Shown: piece by piece, positions 46,201 to 55,200 of the stretch
Position numbering within the stretch: position 1 is the stretch's first letter
Layout: each line of letters starts with the position of its first letter
NCBI GenBank assembly: GCA_029856145.1
Contig: JAHQWK010000008.1
Coordinates: forward strand, 1-64,000
DNA from: Promethearchaeia archaeon
GTDB taxonomy: Archaea > Asgardarchaeota > Lokiarchaeia > Sigyniarchaeales > SOKP01
Reading direction: 5' to 3'
DNA length: 64,000 nt
Notes under the pieces: generated by a model
Database searches by the model: none
What the model saw: only the letters and a program-made list of their open reading frames with translations
What the model was told of the DNA's origin: nothing
Made by a program: the position numbers and the translations under genes

Positions 46201-49200
46201 TTTCCAATACCCATATTGTAGAAAATTTTGGAAGTATGCCCCTAGATAAATACGGGAATATGGACACAAAAGCAATTGTAAACAGCCCACATTACTATCA
46301 AACATTTAGCCGACCGTTTATCGATTCTGTGTATGGAAGTTCTCCATTTAACTTAATTGATGGAAGCCAAGTGACAGTTGGACTTCAGAACTTACCTAAC
46401 TGCACATTAATTTCAATGGATTCTGATGGAGAGACCTATAACTTCAACTATTTAGGCGACTCCTCAACTCTTACGGTAAATAATACCAATTTCTATATGA
46501 TTCCTAATGTTGCCATGTATATTGATACTTATGGAATCGAAGAAACATTATACCAAGATGGGTATCTTGATTTATATTATGGTTCGGGAACAGAGATTGA
46601 CGGAGAAGAGCGTTATACCGCAAATATTTTAATGGATTATGAAAGTTCTGCAATTGAGGATTACCGATCTTCGATTTCCAATAAGGTTCCTACTTCATGG
46701 GAAGATACTTATAATTTTACTAATCAATTTATAACTACAGACATCATAACTGTACAAGGACGGGTATTTTACCACCAAGTATTTGATTTAGATACTGATA
46801 CAAACAGCTCCTCTTATATTAATGACATATTTCCAAATTATCCAAATACAATCTATTTCGGTTTGCAATTACCTGATAATTTCGATGTAGCTCAAATAAA
46901 GAAAGTTGGCGAGCCATATGAGTACGCATTATCGGTTCATGGATTCCCAACTGGAAAATACCAAGATAAGTATTGTAGACTTCCAGAAACATATAGCGGA
47001 CCACTCCCCGAAACCGAGTATGTGCTTACATCTTCTGATTACGCATTAGAGTTTTATGAGAACGGGACTGCATATGTTCTTTTCTTCAAACCTGCAAATG
47101 AATTAAGCTCTTATACCGATGATGAAAATAGAATTATGATTGATTATTGGATAAATCACGAATTTTTGAAGAATTCAGATTACTCCATCCATGAAGATCC
47201 TAACGATCCATTTACCTCTCAGATTGACTGGGACTTTGCCTTTACCAGTTTAGATACTTACCACTTGCATCCTGATTTTGACAATGATGCCTTCTTTACT
47301 GTAGAATATTCTGCTTTAGAATGGGAGATATTTGATAGCCAATATATTCATAATGGTACCGATGATTTTACCTTCCAACCACGCGAATATTATAATGTTT
47401 CTGTATTATATACAGGAGGCACAAGTGATCTCTTTAGTGTTCAATATATCGTCCCAGAAGGACAGTATCATGATGATGAAGTACTACTTTCCTATCTTTA
47501 CGCGCTTGCTCAGAAAGGCGATGATGAAGAAACAATGGAAGTATTCTGTGTACCTAATACGGAGACTGTCAATAGCATTGAACAGAATGCTGCAGATTCT
47601 TATAACTATACTATTTATTTCAGCACAATTGAGACATACATTAAAGATACTTATGGTCAAGATTACGAGCTTGTTGACAATTCATATGTATATGTAGCAG
47701 CAAAATATTTTACTACTCAATTAAGATATTCATTGAGCCATACACCATTTAATTATGAATATTTAAGTGCCGGGAACAATCCTTACCATATTGCCCTTTA
47801 TATTGATGATACATTTATTGCTTACTCTTACGAATCCACATTTGATGATTATGTAGAAAAAATTGAGGATGAGTATATTTATTTCCACAATCGATCCTCA
47901 GGTGAAGATGGTTATATTGCTCCATTGAGCAAAATTCACCTTGAATATAAATTTAAGCTTCAACCAGGACTTCTTGATAGGAAAAATTTCCTAATTGTCA
48001 CCTATCCATGGACCAATCAATTTAATACCATAATGGACTCCATTCCTGCATATCGCGAGGAGTATCGTAAACTGAGTGGTGGATCTATCATAAGTCCATT
48101 CGAATACAGTCTTTCTATCGATAACAAGTACAGTATGTACCTAACCTACCGCTTAAACCAGAGGGATTATTATGAAGAGAAATTTGAGATAGCCTCTGAA
48201 CATTACAAGAGCTCTGTGAACGGATACGTTTATGAATTCATGACTCAAGAACTTGATAATTATGTTGATGTAATTGAAGCCAATGGAGAAGAAGCGTTAA
48301 GTGTATATTATTTCGACGGATTCAGTAAAATGAGGTTCTTAGATTCCACTCATTATGAAATTAACTTAGCCCAACGTGAGATCGTGATTAAGAATGATGG
48401 CAATCCACTTGCTTCACCTAATGGCCTCAGTGAATTTTATGTGTCCTTTATCCCAGATGGTCCTGATAGAACGTTTAGTAGTTATAAATTTTCCTATGAG
48501 AAATCCTCTAATATGGCAGATACATTACAAATGCCTTATTGGGACGTTCTCGAAGTAGAAGGTGTAGATGTAGTTCCTAACTTAGATGCGTTTTATTTCA
48601 TGAGCGAAAATGAATCTTCCATCAATAACATTGTATGTTATGCTTCCCAAATTGCCATATATCTTTCAGATAATACAGAAAAGCTAGAATTTAATATAGA
48701 TGGGGCGCTAACGGGATTTGATGAAGATATAATTAATGATATCCATACAGGCGAATTTCTTGCTCTATATATTGATACGAATATTAAGAATATTGAGAGT
48801 TTAGACTATCTTACAATAGAACTTTATGATAGTTCAGATTCATTAATCTCTGGTTTTACTCAAATGATCACCAGAGAAGAACTTGAGCTTTATGATCATA
48901 ATATAAGAATCGAATTGCCAACCAGTACAAATACATTAAAGAAAATACAATTTATCCCAACCTTTAGATCGGACGATGAGTACAGTTCAAATAATAATAT
49001 TGGTATTGCAAGATACCAAACTTTACAATGGGATTCCGAATTGGTATCGATTATGGAAGATGGTCAGAAATATATGCATGTTGAGTTGGAACATGATCTT
49101 AAGACCAATAATTCACAGTTAGCATACATCTATAATGATAAATTAGAGTATCTTACTTTCCCAGAAAATGTGTCGATATCATATACGCTTGAAAATTATA

Positions 49201-52200
49201 CTTCTACCATAAGTAAATATATATTACATATTCCAGTCAAATATGTCCATCCTACCACGAATGAAACCGAAGGATTTAGAGAGGAACAGACCTTAGTCCT
49301 ACGCTATAATTCTCCTGTTGATAGTGGAATTGCCATGGGTATTGGAAACATGTATTTTGAAGCGAAAGGATATAATTATGCGGCTCACCCAGATCTTCCA
49401 AAAGCAGAGTTTATGTTAGTAACTGCAAATGATTCTTCTGTATATTCAGAATTTTTAGATGATTATTATTATCAAAATTCGCTTCAATTAACTCCGTTTG
49501 ATACTGAATATAACAATAGATATAAATCTGTAAAAATCGACCTAAATTTGACTTCTTTATATGATTCTACCGGTAAAAATATATTAAACTTTACTCATCT
49601 GATCTTTTCAGTTCCCAATCCTACCTATGAACTTACCATTTCCGAAGTAGTCATCTTAGAAGAGACTCTAGACGCTTCTGAAGAATATGGAAGTATTGAT
49701 AGTAGGCTATGGCAATATACTGAAGCAGAAAGTTTTATTGCAAGCGCTGCCCCAGAGAACGATGAATATCAGTTAACTTTAGAAAATACTCCAATATTCT
49801 ATCCAAGTTTAGAATGGTTAGATTACCTTACCATTTATGATGAAGAAGGTAATTACTATACTGCGGGAATTACTGGAAATGATCATCAACTTCATTTTGA
49901 CTCAGCTACCAGTAAGTTTACTTGGAACCCCTCATTCAATCAATTCCCTGAATATTTTGGTATGGAATTTGAAGAACCTTTGATTGTGAATCCAAACATT
50001 ACCCTTTATTTCGAATATGCGACCAACACTTCATGGGCTCAACCAATTCTTCTTGAAGTGGAGAACATTGATCTTAGTTCTATTCGAGTGATTTATGATT
50101 ATAATTACTTACTGAAGCCAGAATTTTATGAATGGTACTCTTCGCTCTACAACATGGATCATTCCTATGAGAATATTGCCTATTCTTTCAAAGAAGAATC
50201 TGAATATAGAGTTGTTCAATATTATTATGAAGGATTTACCGTATATACCAGCTCATCAGAATATACCCACACGTTCAATATTGGCGATCTTTCATTTGAA
50301 AATGATTTTGTCAATCTGAGCCTCTATAAAGTAGTTGGAATTACCCCCACCTTAGATTATGAAATTTTAACTGATAACACTAATTACACCATTACATTCA
50401 ACAAAGCCACCAAAGAATTGAAGATCACCGACCTCAACTCTGGAAATGGATTATTAGATACATTTGACCAGATTACTGTCATTCTCAACTACTCTTGTGC
50501 TCCAATCTCAAGTTATACTGAAATTTATTTACGAAAAGAGTTTAACCAGACTTATCTTTCTGATCCAAAGGATACCTTCTATAATTACGTTGATATTGAT
50601 TACAAATACACTACAACAACAGGTGTATTGTTCGCTGAAAACTCGGCTATTTTGACCAGCGATACTACATCATTTATTTCCATTGATTATAGCCGTAATG
50701 CTGATATGAGTGCAAGTAATAAGTTAATTGGCTATGGTTCTGAGCTTTATGATAATTTCGAGATTTATTACGATGATACGTCCATACTATATGTTGCAGA
50801 TGTTGATATGGACGGAGACCCCGACTATAAGCTCACGATTGATGTTGATGGGAACGGGGAACTAGATATTATAAAATATGGTATTGATGATCCTCAAGGT
50901 TCAGGAGAAATTTATTGGCATACTGTTATCCAAGATTTCGAAAATTATCAGGTTTCAGTAGAAAATGATCTTGGCGAAGAAAAAAGGACACAATGGTTTG
51001 ATATAGATGACAGAATTTTTGCCCGTTTCGATTTTAATGTAGGAAAATTGCTTTTATACGCTTTATGTTTACCATTGTTACCATTCTACATTACCAAAAT
51101 GATGTTACCCGATGTGGACTATTGGGCGCAGAAATCCGTTCAAAACGAAGTGAGGAAAGAAGAGCATGTTTATGTATCTTACTATAGTATAAAGGTAGAT
51201 AATGATCGAGACGGTTTACCTGATACTCAAGTTGATTATGAATCCACCGATATCGATATTTACTATGAAATTATGGAGTATCGGGAGACTATTTTAGCAG
51301 CAAAAACTCAGAATATCTTCACAATATTAGGTGAATATGTTGCAAGAAGTATTTCTTCATTGTTTGATGGACCAAGAAATGACATTGTATTTAATAAGTA
51401 TCTCACAAAAGATCATCTGGAGTCTGGAAATTTTAGTTCTTGTCATTGGTACGTAAGGGCAAATGCTCCAGTATTAACTTCTACCTATCGCAAGTTTACT
51501 GAGAATGTCACCACTACATATATTGATAGTTTTAGCAAATCGACATTAACTGTAATCGATTTTGATGATGAAGGAGAGATTGAAGAGCAAAGAACATACA
51601 CTGATGATTTTGAAAATTTTGAAGTTGGACTAGACGAGTTTTTCTCCGATTTAGTTGAAGAACACTCTATAACAGATATTAATACAGGACAAGAATCTGA
51701 AATAAGTTTTGATCCTGATTTACCATTTACCCATTTTGAAAATCTTACATGGGATACACAGACATGGGGACCTGATGGAGTTCCTGTAAAGTATGACTCC
51801 TTATATGTCGAGGGAGATGGGTATAATTATACTTCAAACGCTTTCGAGAAGACAATCATCCTTAGAATTCCAAATAGATATTCATTATATGAGGATTACG
51901 GGGTAACTTCACGATACAAGACAAGGAATAGCGGATGGGCTGAATTTACAGCAACAGGGATGCTTATTAGACCCCTTGATGGTAAGGTATATTATACTTC
52001 TGATGCAGAAGCATTTGCTGAAGGAACAGCTAAGACCGACGGCTTTTATTTCTATGTAGATAGCGACTCAAATGGATTCTATGAGACAGTCTATATCTTA
52101 AGCGATACATATCTAAGAACTGACGCATCTGGGCTATTACAGTTTAACGTAATGGCAATAGGATATAACTATGACGGTTACCATGATCTCGTTCCGTACG

Positions 52201-55200
52201 AGAGATTAGGAAAGACAGCACTGCCAGTTTCTGACCTCGACAATTTAGGACATGAATCAACAAAATTTGGAACCGATTGGGTCTATAATTTTAATAACCT
52301 ACGTAATTGCAGACTCTTATGGGAAGAATTGACACCTTTAGAAGAATTAGGGTTAAAGCCAAAAGATCATATTTTTGAAATTTATAAACTTGTGGAACCA
52401 AGTGAACAGAATAGTAAATTCTCTTCATTATTCTACGATGTGAGGCACGAAACCTATTCAAATGCGTGGGAACAATATAGGAAACAATTAGTAGGAGATA
52501 TCATTGAGCAAGTGTTTATGTCCGTGACTGCAGGAATTCTTAGCGCATTTGTAGAATCTACTATATGTATAGCAACATTTGGCTTTGGAACAGCTCTAGC
52601 CAAGTTTTTAGGCGCACTTACATACTTTTTAACATACACTTTAATGACTAAGCTTTCCATCGATATCAAACTCCAAGCATCTCAAGCACGTGAGCGTTCT
52701 AACACCTTTTATGCAATTTCACAAGAGAATTATGAGCCTACCTCACTCAACCATAAAGCACCTGGTGATAGATATCTTCAAGATTCGATGGCGGCAGCTC
52801 TTATAGGACATCCCGGAGGATATTATACCACAATTAGTGGAGGTGAACCCGGAAATCAATATACCGCTCAAGCTTTAGTGAGTCCGCCAAATCTATACCG
52901 TGTGAGAAACGCATTTGCGGGATTTGGTGCTTTATTATGGGGAAATTTATGGAACATGGGAGAATCCGACCCTGATGTGTTTACAGCTCTTGATTTTGAT
53001 GATCGAAACTTAGACTATCTTCTGCATACCAGCGAGCTACCATCTTATAACCAAAAAGAACATTACACGTACGAAAACACTGTGAGATCTACCAACCTCT
53101 ATAATATTTATAAATTTACCACATTAGGATATCTCGAGAATGAAATAAAGGATGCTTCTAATAATCAGTTAAATACCATAAGACCTACATGTGTTGATGG
53201 ACAACCCCTTTATGAATTTGTAGACGGAGATCAATATGAACAAGTATTACCACAGCAAGTATTATTTAGACCAATTATTTTAAGTGAACGACGTTATTCT
53301 AAATTAGCACCAGTATCAGGCCATCTTACTGTTACTACTCAATGTAAGGATTATGGAAATACAAAAGGTGTAGATCCATACGAAATGACACCTTTGGAAG
53401 TTCAAGCAGGGTATAAAGCAAAGATCCCTCTCATGAATGATAGTTTTTACTATCCATTAATATCAGTTATTATTGATATCGTGAAGGAATCTGACTCTGA
53501 GACTGGACATTTCGCAAAGAATCTCATTATCAATAGCTCGTATTATAGGCTTGATTCTGGGAATTTATATTTCACTAAATCACTTGAGACAATCATTTCA
53601 GAAAAATATCCTGAATTTGAGACGGTATTAAGCCAAACATGGATAGAAGAGTTCCTTGATTGCGTAATTTATTACAATGTTCACATATATTTTGAAGTTT
53701 TTGTTCCCGATACTACAGAACAGACTCATCAATTAGCATTAGCCCAGACGACTTTCTACACAATCATGGATTATTTCAATCAGTATACTTATGCAGAGGT
53801 TTCGGCAAATATGATTTCAGAAATTGCATATACTGAGACACTAACCTTTTGGTCTACCTTAATCAGTGCCCCTCTTATCTTTTTAGGCTCTTGGGCTGTG
53901 AAAGGTTCCGATCAAATGATAGGTAAAGCGGGAATGGAATTAGTGAAAGCAGGCACTTCATCTATGCAACAACAAATCCGTAAAATGCTTATTAGACAAG
54001 TCATTGGTATAGCTCTAGCACCCCTTCAAGAAGTCCTTCAAGAGATCATCCAAGATGGCTTTATGGAGGCTGTAATTGAGAACGTGGTAGATATTTGGGG
54101 CTATTCAGATGATTTAGGATATTGGCTATCCTCGTTAGCCACTTCAGCGAGAGAAACGACAGGCGCATTAGGACGATTAGCCCTTGGTATTGATAACGAT
54201 ACGAAGTTAAACTTCATGTCTATTTTATCTTTAGCAAAAGCGAGATTAACTGGGGATACTGAATTAAGAACCAATGTTATGAACAATCTCCAGCAAGAAC
54301 AACAAGCTGACCTACAAAGACAAGCAGAAATGGGCATGTGGCAAAAACTCTGCAAATCAGGCTTTCTCAAAGGCTTTCTCATGCTCATCCCAAGCCTCTT
54401 TTTCGGCTCATTTAGCTTCATGTTCATAACCAGCTTTACGAATATGGTTGAAGGAGCGACTTCACTTGGACCACAGCTCTATAGCGAGTATAAGGCTAGA
54501 AGACAGGTGAATGAACATACTGAAGCTAAGACTGAGTTAAACTCCATGCTCAAAGATGACCCATCTATGTCTATGGACAATCTGTGGCTTAAAAACATGA
54601 GAAGACCTTCCAATCCCGATATAGAAGCTCTTAATAATCGATTTAGAGAACTTCAGCAAGATCCAAATGGTGATACAAAGACCGACTTAGAAGAATCTCC
54701 TATTGTAGATGTTTCCAGACTTACTAATCCCAACCCTAAGATTGATGAGTTAATACAACAATTCAAGCTTACAGACAAATTCCAAGAAATTCAAATAAAT
54801 AGTTGGATTTCAGAGCTCGGTCAAGACGCTCGTTTTGAGAGTAAGAAGGCAGAGCTAAAACGTGTAGCTGAGAATAAAAAGACAATTGACTTCGCCGGAC
54901 AAGTTGAGGCAATAAGAAAAATTATAAGGAATGCCCTAGAAGATTATCCGACACAATTAAGATATATGGATTATACAGGAGTCGTTCTCTATGACCCCAA
55001 GCATATAGGGTTCGGATTCAGATTAGGGCCAAATGCAAATCCAAAGATTTCTGGAATTTTACAATTCAGGGAAGATTTTCCTGAAACGCTGTCGACTGAG
55101 GATTACGCAAATGAGTTACAAAAGGCTTATGACGTTAAGACGCCTTTACAAGTTTGCTTATATAAGCAAGGAGAACTGATCTTAATGCCTAGAACCACTC

